A DNA stretch of 64,000 nt from Deltaproteobacteria bacterium (GCA_021801125.1 JAJYYI010000127.1:3835-67834); one strand, 5' to 3'. Positions 1 through 10,175 are shown, numbered from the stretch's first letter. Notes: generated from the sequence alone by a model not told the origin. Program-made: numbers and translations.

Positions 1-510
1 AACCTGGGTGTAACCGACCATCGTTTGAAGAGTGTTGTATTCGGCCTCGGTCTCCTTCCACTTAGCATACAGCTCGTCGACGTACTCCTTGGCTACCAGG
101 CGGGGGTCTTTGTTCCATACCTGCAAGACGCGCTGGTAGGTGAGCCGTGCGATGTCCATGCGGGCTTTCGCTCGGGCCAGATTGCTGTGCAGTTCGGGCA
201 CGTCAAGCGTACACAGGAGACTGCCGGACTTCACCCAGTCGCCTTTGTCAACGGTGATGTCCTTGATGTAGCCGGTGACCTTCGCGTGCAGAGCGGTCTC
301 GTAAAAGCCCACGGCGTCGCCGGGTAACGTCACCGTGCGGTCAATCTCGCCACGGGCCGGCCGCACAACGTACACCTTCGGCACCGCCGGAGGCGTGGGC
401 GCAGTTTCCGCCGGAGAATTACAGGAAACGGCAAAAAGCGAAGCGACAAGCACCGCAATTAGGGACGTTATTCCCGACGATCTCAAGCTTGGGCTTTTAC
501 GCATATCCAT
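1..510 (-). CDS. RND efflux periplasmic adaptor (membrane fusion protein), runs off window edge
   Basis: Manual translation from ATG 510: MDMRKSPSLRSSGITSLIAVLVASLFAVSC (lipobox-like), then VTLPGDAVGFYETALHAKVTGYIKDITVDKGDWVKSGSLLCTLDVPEL, a typical MFP lipoyl-like motif. Absent from the ORF track because it is truncated. Confidence 0.85.
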   Translation of the reverse strand, partial: MDMRKSPSLRSSGITSLIAVLVASLFAVSCNSPAETAPTPPAVPKVYVVRPARGEIDRTVTLPGDAVGFYETALHAKVTGYIKDITVDKGDWVKSGSLLCTLDVPELHSNLARAKARMDIARLTYQRVLQVWNKDPRLVAKEYVDELYAKWKETEAEYNTLQTMVGYTQV

Positions 511-833
511 ACTTGCTAACCATTTTCCGAAGCATGGTCCGGCGATTAGACGTTCCCCGGGCGCCTATATTCAGCATTGACCTGCGTTAACGGACGAAGT
601 AGCCGAGCGACTAAAAGAAGCACAACATAGCGTCCAAGCCACTGCGCCATGCTCGCGCGCGTTGCCCTCATCCATCCTCGTTAGCGCCGTCACGTCAAGG
701 TGTTGTGCGCCATGCCCCGGCAAGGGGCAAAGCCGATTCGGAAGCGACATCTTCGGTTGTTCGACGTGTCTTGAAGGAGGGCTATTCAGTCGGTCAGCGA
801 ACGCCGTATAACGCAAAGACACCAAGCCGCGCT

Positions 834-855
834 GTTCCATATAAGTTCCATATAA
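834..855. promoter_or_regulatory. Tandem 11-bp direct repeat GTTCCATATAA x2, candidate regulator site
   Basis: Exact repeat seen in the divergent intergenic region between the RND adaptor and the ABC operon. Confidence 0.4.
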
Positions 856-1187
856 GATGGATCGTTGTACACGTAAGCTTACTGGATTAGGGCTGTGCGA
901 TCCGCACGGCCGCTAAAACGCCATTTTCATACTATCAGCGCTACCAAGGTCACGGCTAGTCCGCAGCACATATTACCGCGCCTTCTCGCGCGGGCTTCAG
1001 GCTCACTTCAAATAGCGGGGCGCGCGGAGTTTGAATTTGTTCTCGTGCGGAGACCCAGCCGACTGTCCGGCTAAAAAATCGGCCGCTAGGCACCCATCGC
1101 GTTGAGTTTCATCGCCTAGGCCAGTAGCTTTTAGCTTACGCCAGAAACCGAACGGACTTCTTAACTCGCTGGCTGGGGGGAAGCGGT

Positions 1188-2324
1188 ATGAGTCTTTGGA
1201 CCTTTGGAGCGCGGCTGGGCGTCGCCCTTGGCCTTTTTTTCACCTTCTTGGCGCCGCTTCGGGCCGGGGCACAGACGTTGACGGTGGGGGTCATCTTTCC
1301 CCTCTCAGGGCCTAACGCAGTGTACGGGCAAACCTTTTCCCTGGGAGCGAATCTCGCCGTTAAGAACATCAACGACGGACACGATCTGCCGAATCCGATC
1401 AAGCTTCTTTACGAGGACAGCCAAGCGCTGCCTCAGCCAGCGATCATCGCGATGAACAAGCTCGCGAACGTCGAGCGGACCCCGTTCGTGCTGAGCGCGT
1501 TCAGCGGCGTTACGAAGGCTGTGGCGCCTATCGCGACGCGACGCAAGATCGTGGTCATCAACGGGGCCGCGGTCAGCCCTGAACTGGCCGGCCTCAGCCC
1601 GTACCTTTTTAACGTTATCCCGCTAGTGAACGATGAAATCGCGGCGCTGATGCCGTACGCGACCTCCAAGCTCAACGTAAAACACTTAATCCTGACCTAC
1701 GTTAACGATCCCTTCGGGCAGGGCGCGCTAGGTGCGCTGACCCAGCAATGCGCGCGCTTGGGATGCCAGACGGCGGCGATCAGCGTCAGTCCCGGGGCTA
1801 CCAACTTCCAGGCCGAAGTGGCGAAGATCCGCGCGGGACATCCCGACGCCGTATACATCGCCTCCTATGGGCAGCAACAGAACGTAATACTCAAGCAACT
1901 TCGTGACGGCGGCGTCACTGCGCGGATCTTCAGCTACTCCGGCATCAACCTTCCCGACACGATGAAACTGCCGGCGGCCCAAGGCCTGATTTTCACGACG
2001 CAATATGTGAGCTTTGATTCCCCTGACCCGATAACGAAAAAATTCCTCGAAAGTTTCCGAGCCACCAACGGCAACGGAGCGCCGAGCTTTTATTCGGTCA
2101 ACTACTACAACGCGATGCTGTTGTTCGCCCAGGCGGCGAAGTGGTTGAGCGACAAAAAGGAGCCGATCACCGGCGAGAATCTCCTGCACGCCATGCATAC
2201 GATAAAAACCTTCCAGGCGGTCGGGGGAACCATCTCCTTTCAACCCGACGGAACGGTGCGTCAGGCGATGCAGATCCTGCGCGTGGTCGACGGACGCCCG
2301 CAGGTAATCGCCACCGTGCAGTGA
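1188..2324 (+). CDS. Branched-chain amino acid-type ABC transporter substrate-binding protein (LivK/LivJ family)
   Basis: Signal peptide; VGVIFPLSGPNAVYG...GANLAVKNIN...LLYEDSQ pattern; first gene of a LIV-type operon. Confidence 0.9.
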   Translation: MSLWTFGARLGVALGLFFTFLAPLRAGAQTLTVGVIFPLSGPNAVYGQTFSLGANLAVKNINDGHDLPNPIKLLYEDSQALPQPAIIAMNKLANVERTPFVLSAFSGVTKAVAPIATRRKIVVINGAAVSPELAGLSPYLFNVIPLVNDEIAALMPYATSKLNVKHLILTYVNDPFGQGALGALTQQCARLGCQTAAISVSPGATNFQAEVAKIRAGHPDAVYIASYGQQQNVILKQLRDGGVTARIFSYSGINLPDTMKLPAAQGLIFTTQYVSFDSPDPITKKFLESFRATNGNGAPSFYSVNYYNAMLLFAQAAKWLSDKKEPITGENLLHAMHTIKTFQAVGGTISFQPDGTVRQAMQILRVVDGRPQVIATVQ

Positions 2325-2471
2325 GGCGCGATGCGTCAGTACGGCCACAGAATCGCAGGCAAGCAAGCAAGTCATCGCGGCAGCGCCGCGCGGACGCTCC
2401 TCGCGCGTGCGGCTGCGACACACGTCGAACGCTCGCGAGCGCGATAACACCCCACGACGTCGGGTATCGGC

Positions 2472-3341
2472 GTGCAGCTACTTTTGCAGTTGGCGATTAA
2501 CGGCGTCGCGATTGGGTGCCTTTACGCGCTCGTGGCGGTCGGGTTTGCGGTCATCTTCGGCGTCACGCGAATTTTCCATTTCGCGCACGGCGCTACCTAT
2601 CTGCTCGCCGCCTACGCGTACTATGCAACCGTTTCCATTTTCCATTTCTCCGCGCTGGTAGGACTCGGTATAGCCGCGCTGGTCGCGATGGCTTTTGGAT
2701 CGGCCTGCGAACGGCTGGTCTACCGCCCGATGCTTCGCTCGGAATCCTCGTTTCTGACCGTTTTCGTCGCTTCCTTCGGACTCTTCATCGTGGTCGAGAA
2801 CCTGATCGTGCTAATCTTCGGCAGCGGCTTCAGCACGCTCGAATCCGCCCTGAGCAAGGGACTGCTCTTCGGGCCTTTTGAGCTTTCGCCGGTCGGGATT
2901 ATCGCGATTGGCGGGTCGGCTGTCCTCCTGTTGGGTCTCGAGCTTTTTCTGGCCCACACGGACGCGGGTACTGCTCTGCGAGCGATGGCCGACAGCGCGG
3001 AATTGGTGCAGATAATTGGGCTCGATCGGCACCGTTGCGCGCAACTCGCTTTTGCGGCGGGCTCGCTGCTTGCCGTGCCCGCGGCCGTGCTAAGCGTTCA
3101 TTTGTCTGGGTTGTCGCCCCAGTCAGGGGCGTCAATGATTTTGATCGCGATGGCCTCCACGATCGTGGGAGGAATCGGAAGCCTCTATGGCGCGGCTCTA
3201 GGAGGCGTGGTCCTCGGAGTGGCCGAGAATGTGGGAATCTGGCGCCTTCCGGCCAGTTGGGGCGACGGCATTGCCTTCGGAGTGCTTCTCCTTTTTCTGC
3301 TTCTTCGCCCAGCCGGAATCGTGAGCGCCCTGCGGCGATGA
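2472..3341 (+). CDS. livH: LIV-type ABC permease (LivH-like)
   Basis: NGVAIGCLYALVAVGFAVIFGVTRIFHFAHG motif; GGIGSLYGAALGG. Confidence 0.9.
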   Translation: MQLLLQLAINGVAIGCLYALVAVGFAVIFGVTRIFHFAHGATYLLAAYAYYATVSIFHFSALVGLGIAALVAMAFGSACERLVYRPMLRSESSFLTVFVASFGLFIVVENLIVLIFGSGFSTLESALSKGLLFGPFELSPVGIIAIGGSAVLLLGLELFLAHTDAGTALRAMADSAELVQIIGLDRHRCAQLAFAAGSLLAVPAAVLSVHLSGLSPQSGASMILIAMASTIVGGIGSLYGAALGGVVLGVAENVGIWRLPASWGDGIAFGVLLLFLLLRPAGIVSALRR

Positions 3342-4267
3342 TCCCATACGCCGAGAGCCTTCTTATCTTCACCAGCCTCGCGGTGATCCTCGCCTCGTCG
3401 CTTAACTTGATGTTGGGCTACGGCGGGATGTTTTCGGCGGCGCACGCGGTCTTCTACGGTATCGGCGCCTACACTGCGAGCCTGCTCGCGCTTCACGTCA
3501 ACTCTTCGATTCTGCTTTGCGTACCGGCGGCGATGATCGCCGGAGGAGTCGCCGGAGCGCTGCTGGCCGTACCGGCGCTGCGGGTAAAGGAGGAATATTT
3601 CGTCGTCGCCTCGCTCGGCTTTCAGGTCATCGCGTCGACCGTCTTTAATCAATGGGTGGCCGTGACCGGCGGGATCGGCGGCCTCACCGGCATTCCTCCT
3701 GCGTCATTCATGAGCATCCAGGTGGACAGTTACGGCGGATACCTTGTCCTCGCTCTGCTGTGTGCGGCGGGCGTTCTGATAGCGCTGAAGCTGCTCGTGC
3801 GCTCCGAGTTCGGCCGCGCTCTGCGCGCGTTGCGCGACGACGAGGCCGCGCTCCAGGCGCTGGGACGCGATCCGGTGCGTTTGCGAGTTGCCACCGTGGT
3901 GATCGCCGCGATGTTGGCCGCGATCGCCGGTGCAATATACGCCTATTTCACCTCCTTCGTGAACCCGGAAAGCTTCTCGCTCGACGAATCGATTCTGATC
4001 ATGGTGATGGTCATTATCGGTGGTACAGGAACGTTGACGGGCCCGGTGCTGGGCGCGGTCTTCATCACCACGTTTCCTGCTCTGCTCAGTTTTGTGCAAA
4101 TTCCCAGCACGATTTTGGGACCGACGCAGCGCGTGGTCTATGGAGCGGTGATAACCCTGCTCATGATCTACGAACCGGAAGGTTTGCTCGGCTTTTTACG
4201 CCGCATCTCGCGCGTTGCAAGTTTCAGCGCTCTACGACGATGGCAACCGAGCACATCCTCGAGCTAA
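3338..4267 (+). CDS. livM: LIV-type ABC permease (LivM-like)
   Basis: ATGA overlap with livH stop; SLNLMLGYGGMFSAAHAVFYGIGAY and FGRALRALRDDE motifs. Confidence 0.9.
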   Translation: MIPYAESLLIFTSLAVILASSLNLMLGYGGMFSAAHAVFYGIGAYTASLLALHVNSSILLCVPAAMIAGGVAGALLAVPALRVKEEYFVVASLGFQVIASTVFNQWVAVTGGIGGLTGIPPASFMSIQVDSYGGYLVLALLCAAGVLIALKLLVRSEFGRALRALRDDEAALQALGRDPVRLRVATVVIAAMLAAIAGAIYAYFTSFVNPESFSLDESILIMVMVIIGGTGTLTGPVLGAVFITTFPALLSFVQIPSTILGPTQRVVYGAVITLLMIYEPEGLLGFLRRISRVASFSALRRWQPSTSSS

Positions 4268-4977
4268 CCGGTCTGTCGAAGTCATTCGGCGGCAATCGGG
4301 TGATTACCGCCTTAGACTTGGCGATCAGCCGCGGCGGCGTGACTTCGTTAGTCGGACCGAACGGCGCGGGGAAGACCACGCTGTTCGATCTGGTCACCGG
4401 CTTCCTCACGCCGGACGCCGGCCGCGTCCGCCTGCTCGGGCGCGACATCACAGGAAAGCCTCCCCATCTCGTAGCGCGAGCCGGGATCGTGCGCACCTTC
4501 CAGAGCCTGCGCCTTTTCAGCAGCCTCACGGTTCTAGAGAACGTCCTGCTGGCCGCGGACAGCGAGGCCGGCATGCGCTCGTCGAGCGAGCGCCATGAGT
4601 CGGCGCGCGTCGCAATGGAGCGCGCCGGTGTCGCGGGACTCGCCGACGTGCGTGCCGCCGACCTTTCGTTCGCCGAACAAAAGTTCGTGAGCCTGGCGCG
4701 CGCGATCGCGAAGCCGGCAGGGCTAATGCTGCTCGACGAACCGGCCTCGGGGCTCGACGGCCCGTCGCTGCGCCGCTTTCACGCGATCGTGCGGGCCTTG
4801 GTCGACGAGGGACGCACGGTACTTCTGATCGAGCATAATCTCGATATCGTGCGCCAAATCTCTGACCGCGTGGCGTTCCTCAACAACGGCAGGCTCCTTG
4901 CGCACGGCACCCCTGATGAGATCTTCGCGATGGAAGAACTCGCCGCACTATACTTCGGAGATGACGCCGCCACATGA
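4240..4977 (+). CDS. livG: LIV-type ABC ATP-binding protein (LivG-like)
   Basis: Start MATEHILELTGLSKSFGG; Walker A GPNGAGKTT; LLDEPASG; LIEH. Confidence 0.9.
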   Translation: MATEHILELTGLSKSFGGNRVITALDLAISRGGVTSLVGPNGAGKTTLFDLVTGFLTPDAGRVRLLGRDITGKPPHLVARAGIVRTFQSLRLFSSLTVLENVLLAADSEAGMRSSSERHESARVAMERAGVAGLADVRAADLSFAEQKFVSLARAIAKPAGLMLLDEPASGLDGPSLRRFHAIVRALVDEGRTVLLIEHNLDIVRQISDRVAFLNNGRLLAHGTPDEIFAMEELAALYFGDDAAT

Positions 4978-5684
4978 TGCTGCGCGTGAAGGATCTAAGC
5001 GCCGGTTATGGCAGCCTTAACGTTCTCGACCGGGTCTCGCTCGGCGTAGAAGCGAGCGAGGTCGTGGCGCTTTTCGGCCATAACGGCGCCGGCAAAACCA
5101 CCCTCCTGAAGGCGATCTTCGGCCTGCTCGGCGACGCTCGCGGCGAGGTCTCTTTTCGCGACGAAAACATCCTCAATCAAGCGCCGAAGAACCTTACCAG
5201 CCACGGGATTGCTCTGGTTCCTCAGGGACGCGGCGTCTTCGCCAACTTGACGGTTGCCGAGAATCTACGCCTCGGCCTGCTCGCCGCCGGCGTGAAGGCC
5301 AATAGCGCTGAAGGCGAGCGTCGCCTGGAACGCGTGTTTCAACATCTACCGCTGCTGCGCGAGCGCTTTCACGAACGGGCCGGCCGGCTTTCCGGCGGAC
5401 AGCAACAGATGGTAAGTATTGGACGCGCGCTTGTCCTGGGCCCGTCGCTATTATTGATGGATGAGCCGTCAATCGGGCTTTCGCCCAAGATCGTGCAGGA
5501 GGTGATGCATCTGGTGCGCCGACTCAGAGATGAAGCCGGGCTCGCTGTGCTGTTGGTGGAACAAAATGTGCGCCATGCTTTGAAAGTCGCCCAGCGCGTT
5601 TACGTGCTCAAGGCCGGAACCGTCATCTTGGAAACCACGCCGCAGCAACTTAGCGATCTGAAGAGCCTCTGGGACCTATTTTGA
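4974..5684 (+). CDS. livF: LIV-type ABC ATP-binding protein (LivF-like)
   Basis: GHNGAGKTT, LSGGQQQM, MDEPSIGLSP, LLVEQN. Confidence 0.92.
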   Translation: MMLRVKDLSAGYGSLNVLDRVSLGVEASEVVALFGHNGAGKTTLLKAIFGLLGDARGEVSFRDENILNQAPKNLTSHGIALVPQGRGVFANLTVAENLRLGLLAAGVKANSAEGERRLERVFQHLPLLRERFHERAGRLSGGQQQMVSIGRALVLGPSLLLMDEPSIGLSPKIVQEVMHLVRRLRDEAGLAVLLVEQNVRHALKVAQRVYVLKAGTVILETTPQQLSDLKSLWDLF

Positions 5685-5691
5685 TTTCGAC

Positions 5692-6339
5692 ATGGCTGTA
5701 CAAGGTTTGAACTCGCGCGGTGCCGGCGTCCAACGCCTGCGCCGCAATCACGATGGCCGATTATCCGAAGATCCGATCCGCCGTTTCCTGCAGCTGTTTG
5801 AGCGAGCGCAACGCGCGGGGACGCCCCAGCCGGAGGCGATGGCGTTGGCCACCGCCGAGCCTAACGGTCGCGTAAGCGCCCGCTTCGTGCTCCTCAAAGG
5901 CGCAAGCGACCAGGGTTTTGTCTTTTATACCGACACCCGCAGCCGCAAGGGACGAGACCTCAAAGGCAACCCTCGCACCGCCGCTACCTTCTACTGGTAT
6001 CCGCTGCGAGTCCAGGTACGGATCGAAGGACGCGTCGAGCCGGTCTCGCCGGCCGAGGCGGACGAATATTGGGCAAGCCGCCCGCGGGAAAGCCGACTCG
6101 GCGCGAGCATTTCCAGGCAGAGCAGCCGGCTGAGTTCGCGCGAGCGGCTGTTGGCGGATTTCAGAGCGATCCAGGAACGGCTTAAGGGAAAAGCCGTTCC
6201 TCGGCCAGGCTACTGGACAGGATTTCGTATCGCGCCAGACCTGATTGAGTTCTGGACCGCCCGGCCCCATCGCCTGCACGATCGCGTGGTTTTCCTTCGC
6301 TCCCGCGGTAAGTGGGAGAAACGCCTCCTCTACCCCTGA
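5692..6339 (+). CDS. pdxH: Pyridoxamine 5'-phosphate oxidase
   Basis: AMALAT, ARFVLLK, FVFYT, QVRIEG, EFW...RLHDR, RLYP motifs. Confidence 0.93.
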   Translation: MAVQGLNSRGAGVQRLRRNHDGRLSEDPIRRFLQLFERAQRAGTPQPEAMALATAEPNGRVSARFVLLKGASDQGFVFYTDTRSRKGRDLKGNPRTAATFYWYPLRVQVRIEGRVEPVSPAEADEYWASRPRESRLGASISRQSSRLSSRERLLADFRAIQERLKGKAVPRPGYWTGFRIAPDLIEFWTARPHRLHDRVVFLRSRGKWEKRLLYP

Positions 6340-6571
6340 GACAAGCGGCGGACCGGCCTCTCATTTGACCGGCGATGCTTCTCGGGCCGGAGGGCGCGCA
6401 AAGGCGGCGCGACGCCATCACACCGTTGCTTTGGTCCGCCAGTAAAATCGCGACGCGACGGCTCGCGTAATTTTCCCAGGCCCGCTCGGGGGGCTGCCAG
6501 CCCTTTGGCGCACCTACCCAAAAGCGCTAATAGAGAGATCGGCTGTGTTCAGCAACGAGGGGGTTTTCTCG

Positions 6572-7216
6572 ATGAAACTTTACGGCTTTTTCCGTTCGTC
6601 CGCGGCGTTTCGCGCCCGTATCGCGCTCAACCTCAAAGGTCTCGACTACGAGTACGTTCCGGTCGATTTGCTCAAGGGCGAAGCGAGCAAACCGGAGTAT
6701 CGAGACGGCCTCAATCCGCAGGGACTCGTGCCGACGCTCGAGGTGGACGGCCTGTTGATCGCGCAGTCGTTGGCCATCTGTGATTACTTGGACGAAATTA
6801 AGCCGCAGCCACCACTGATGCCGCACGACGCCGCGGGCTGCGCGCGAGTCCGCAGTCTTGCGCTTTTCGTCGCTTGCGATATTCACCCGCTCAACAACGT
6901 GCGGGTGCTCGAGTACCTCACCAATCAAATTGGCGTGAGCAAGGACCAGCGTCTCGCGTGGTACCATCATTGGATTCACGAAGGGTTTGTCGCGCTGGAA
7001 AAATCGCTGTCGCGCTCTCCAGCAACCGGCAAGTTCTGTCATGGCGACACGCCTACGCTCGCTGATGTGTGCCTGGTGCCCCAGGTCTACAACGCTTACC
7101 GTTACAAAGTAGATATGACGCCGTACCCGACACTGAGGCGAATCAACGAAACGTGCCTCGCGCTGCCGGCGTTCGACAAAGCGCGCCCGGAAAACCAGCC
7201 CGACGCCGTCCCGTAA
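6572..7216 (+). CDS. maiA: Maleylacetoacetate/maleylpyruvate isomerase (zeta-class GST)
   Basis: MKLYGFFRSSAAFRARIALNLKG, NPQGLVP, QSLAI, CDIHPLNN, PENQPDA. Confidence 0.93.
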   Translation: MKLYGFFRSSAAFRARIALNLKGLDYEYVPVDLLKGEASKPEYRDGLNPQGLVPTLEVDGLLIAQSLAICDYLDEIKPQPPLMPHDAAGCARVRSLALFVACDIHPLNNVRVLEYLTNQIGVSKDQRLAWYHHWIHEGFVALEKSLSRSPATGKFCHGDTPTLADVCLVPQVYNAYRYKVDMTPYPTLRRINETCLALPAFDKARPENQPDAVP

Positions 7217-7290
7217 CAGTGAGTGAGCTAGCACCGGGAGCGAAGTCGCCCTGCGCCTTCACGGGTTGCGGACAGCGCCGCAGGTCTTGG

Positions 7291-7320
7291 CGTAGGGCCG
7301 AGGACTTCTGCGCCCCTACG
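7291..7320. repeat. Degenerate GTAG-family REP-like palindrome
   Basis: CGTAGGGCCGAGGACTTCTGCGCCCCTACG has GTAGGG...CCCTAC termini; single copy in the window. Confidence 0.5.
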
Positions 7321-7681
7321 AAAAGTTCCGTCTTTCGGCTTCGCTTTTCTGGCACCCGCACAAGGCCCACGGCTTACCGTGGAGGTTGCACAAAGGCATC
7401 GCGCGCAATAAGCGCACCGGGCAAAACACGCGCGAAGCACGGCTGGCCGCGGCCAAAGCGCCGGTCAAGATTGCCCGACCAAACGCGGCCCTTCAGCGCA
7501 GTGTCGGCTCGCGTCGACGCGGAGGCTTGGCGCATCCGCGCGCACGTCCTAGACTTTCACCTAAACTAACTTAGCTGGCTTCGGGGGTTCAGGGCGCGTC
7601 GCTTCTCCCGAAAATGAGACCAAGCTTCAACAAAATCAGGACAGGCGCGTAACCACTTACCGAACCTCCGGCGCCTACCCT

Positions 7682-8539
7682 ATGCCCGATCAGGGAGGCA
7701 AGAGGATGAACACCGCCAACGCCAGGGTGAGGCAGGAGGAACGACTGCGCGAGGTTTTTGAGAATCTGCTAGCGACGGTCAAGGACTTTGTCCAACACCA
7801 CGAAGTAACCCATGACGAGTACCGGCGAGCGGTTGAATTCTTGTGCGAGACGGCCCGTCAGGGGGAACTTACGCTGCTGTGCGACGTTTTCCTTGAGGCC
7901 ACCGTGGACGCCGTTGAGTCAAGCGGCCGCATGGGCACGGCGAGTTCCGTGGAAGGCCCGTACTACGTCCCCGAGGCGCCGGTTTTGCGATCGCCGTGCG
8001 TATTGCCTCATCGCGCGAACGAGCCTGGCGAGCCGATGCTCTTTCACGGAACGGTGCGGGCGACCGACGGCACGCCCCTCGACGGCGTTATGCTCGACGT
8101 ATGGCAGGCGGACGCGAATGGGGCTTATTCTCATTTCGACGTCGCCAAGGAAGCGGCGCCGTATAATCTGCGGGCTCGCGTCTTCTGCGACGAGCGCGGG
8201 CGCTTTGAGATTCGGACCTGGGTCAGCGCGCCTTACCATATTCCAAAAGACGGCCCGACAGGAGGGCTTCTGACGGCCCTAGGGCGTCACCCTTACCGCC
8301 CCGCCCACATTCACGTCAAGCTTTCGCATCCGCAATGTCTGCCGCTGACAACCCAACTTTTTTACGAGGGCGACCCGTACCTCGACTCGGATGTTGTGGG
8401 CGCGGTGAAAGCGCCGCTCATTGTGCGGTTGGTTAAACAGGAAGACCCCGCCGAGATTCGCCGACAAGGCCTCGGCTCCCCGTTCTATGCGCTTAAATAC
8501 GACTTTGTGCTGCCGCACCGGACAGCCAAGGCCGCTTGA
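7682..8539 (+). CDS. catA: Intradiol ring-cleavage dioxygenase, catechol 1,2-dioxygenase-like
   Basis: VEGPYY, DVWQADANGAYS, APYHIP and RPAHIH (Tyr/Tyr/His/His iron ligands), LTTQLF, DSDVVGAVK. Start may be ATG 7706. Confidence 0.85.
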   Translation: MPDQGGKRMNTANARVRQEERLREVFENLLATVKDFVQHHEVTHDEYRRAVEFLCETARQGELTLLCDVFLEATVDAVESSGRMGTASSVEGPYYVPEAPVLRSPCVLPHRANEPGEPMLFHGTVRATDGTPLDGVMLDVWQADANGAYSHFDVAKEAAPYNLRARVFCDERGRFEIRTWVSAPYHIPKDGPTGGLLTALGRHPYRPAHIHVKLSHPQCLPLTTQLFYEGDPYLDSDVVGAVKAPLIVRLVKQEDPAEIRRQGLGSPFYALKYDFVLPHRTAKAA

Positions 8540-8829
8540 TCGGCGAGGCACGACCGCCTCGCTACGGCCGACGCTCTTGCGAGATCTCGAAGGGTCCGCC
8601 GCGCTTGGCCGTGTAGAAGAAAACTCGTTGCGCGCGGCGCCGGTTGGCGCTGGCTTTTATAAGGTTAACCCCAACCGCGCCCGCCACGCCGCCGTTTCGC
8701 GAGCGGGTAGCGAGGCGTCGATCGGCTGGTCCTTACCCTTCATAATGCGCCTGGAGAACCACTCCGACACCGCACCGCGAGCGCCCTCGGCGGACGCCCC
8801 GCTCAGCACGGTCGAACGCTCATGAGGAG

Positions 8830-9069
8830 TTAGTGCGTCATTAACACCCGATGGACCGGCTCGTCGGCAAAGGCTGACTCGCTGTAGCAGGACAAGCAAA
8901 ATGGAATCACCGCGGTATGTGTGGCTTCCTGCCCAACCACTACCACTGACGTGGGTTCGTCACATTCCGAGCAGGCAAGCAGATCGGTGAGCGCGATCGA
9001 TAAAACGGAATCAAAGGTTACGGTCGCCTCACTCGTTGCCGGAACCGTCCGGCCATCCTGATGTGCCAT
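8830..9069 (-). CDS. Small hypothetical protein with CxxC...CxxC (putative zinc ribbon)
   Basis: GGTGAGGT Shine-Dalgarno-like sequence before ATG 9069; 79 aa with CSEC and CLSC; starts 16 nt after the upstream gene's stop. Confidence 0.55.
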   Translation of the reverse strand: MAHQDGRTVPATSEATVTFDSVLSIALTDLLACSECDEPTSVVVVGQEATHTAVIPFCLSCYSESAFADEPVHRVLMTH

Positions 9070-9085
9070 CACGTGTACCTCACCC

Positions 9086-9592
9086 CTAATCACTCGAATT
9101 GCGATCGAGCGGCAGGGTCTTAATGAACTCAGCCAACCTGGAAGCCTCGGCCGAAGATAGATCAATCGGCAAATCGACCTTTACTTTAAGGTTCAGTCGA
9201 AGCGGAAAAACGTAGGTTTCGAGCTCCGCTTCTCGAACTATCCGCCCCCGCTCCTCCTCGGATACGGGCTCCAGAGCCACCTCCTCGCCTATCGCCGTCT
9301 TGCCCACGCTGGACAGTCCAACTGCCCATTGGAAGCGCGACGGGTGCCCCTTGCGCCCTACAATGAAGTTTCCACACCCGATTTTTTCAAGCTCGTGGAA
9401 GACCCCCAGTATGTCGCTCCGGTTCACCCGGGGATTCTCCATCGTTAGCCTAAAAACCAGGCTATCGACAGTAGTCTGAGCGCGGTTTCTTCCTCGCCGT
9501 GCGAAATCTTCGAGCATCAGGCGCGCCGTCGGATTCCTCCGATAGAGCTCCTTTAGCAGCGCGATATCAATTCCGGCTCCGTTACCGCTCAT
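9086..9592 (-). CDS. Hypothetical protein (possible wHTH-like N-terminal domain plus small C-terminal domain)
   Basis: Protein-like 168-aa ORF: LEKIGCGNFIVGRKGHPSRFQW, and C-terminal YVFPLR...LPIDLSSAEASRLAEFIKTLP; AT-rich upstream region. Confidence 0.75.
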   Translation of the reverse strand: MSGNGAGIDIALLKELYRRNPTARLMLEDFARRGRNRAQTTVDSLVFRLTMENPRVNRSDILGVFHELEKIGCGNFIVGRKGHPSRFQWAVGLSSVGKTAIGEEVALEPVSEEERGRIVREAELETYVFPLRLNLKVKVDLPIDLSSAEASRLAEFIKTLPLDRNSSD

Positions 9593-10100
9593 AAGGTCGG
9601 CGAATTCCAAATAGACTGACTTTATTTTCCTATATTCCGGGATTTTCTGCAATAAGAGCCCTTAATTTTTAAATAAAAGTTCATAGATCCATGTCGTATT
9701 AGGGCCCTAGCCGACCCGTTGCCGGAAGTAGACGACCAAGCAGACGGGCGCGCGGGGGCTTTTGCTCCGTCGGTTGATCGCAGCCGCCGAAGCCGCAAGA
9801 CGGACTGAACGACCGTTATATCGATAACGAACCGTCAAAAGACTGCGGCTGCCCAGTCCGCGCGTTTTGGTATCGCGCTCCCGGAAAGAAACTCAACCGG
9901 CCGGCACGATTGAGGCTTAAGCCGTATTTTTATGCGCGAAGGCTATTCTCCTGCGGCGGCCGGAAAAGATCCAAAGCGCGATAAAGACGCCATTTCTACG
10001 ACTAGATGGCGTTGGGCCACCCTGTGCAGCTTCGTGCTCACGTCATTGCCAGGCGGAAGCCCCCACGCCAACGTTGGCCCGCGCAGGCACCCGAATAGAT

Positions 10101-10175
10101 TGGTGGGCGGTGCAGGGTTCGAACCTGCGACCTACGGCTTGTAAGGCCGGCGCTCTTCCACTGAGCTAACCGCCC
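10101..10175 (-). tRNA. tRNA-Val(TAC)
   Basis: Reverse complement GGGCGGTTAGCTCAGTGGAAGAGCGCCGGCCTTACAAGCCGTAGGTCGCAGGTTCGAACCCTGCACCGCCCACCA folds as a cloverleaf; anticodon TAC; encoded CCA; usual position after hupB. Confidence 0.97.

Noticed and set aside
8540..10175. Integrated element at tRNA-Val
   Set aside because: No integrase and no duplicate of the tRNA 3' end found by eye in the window.
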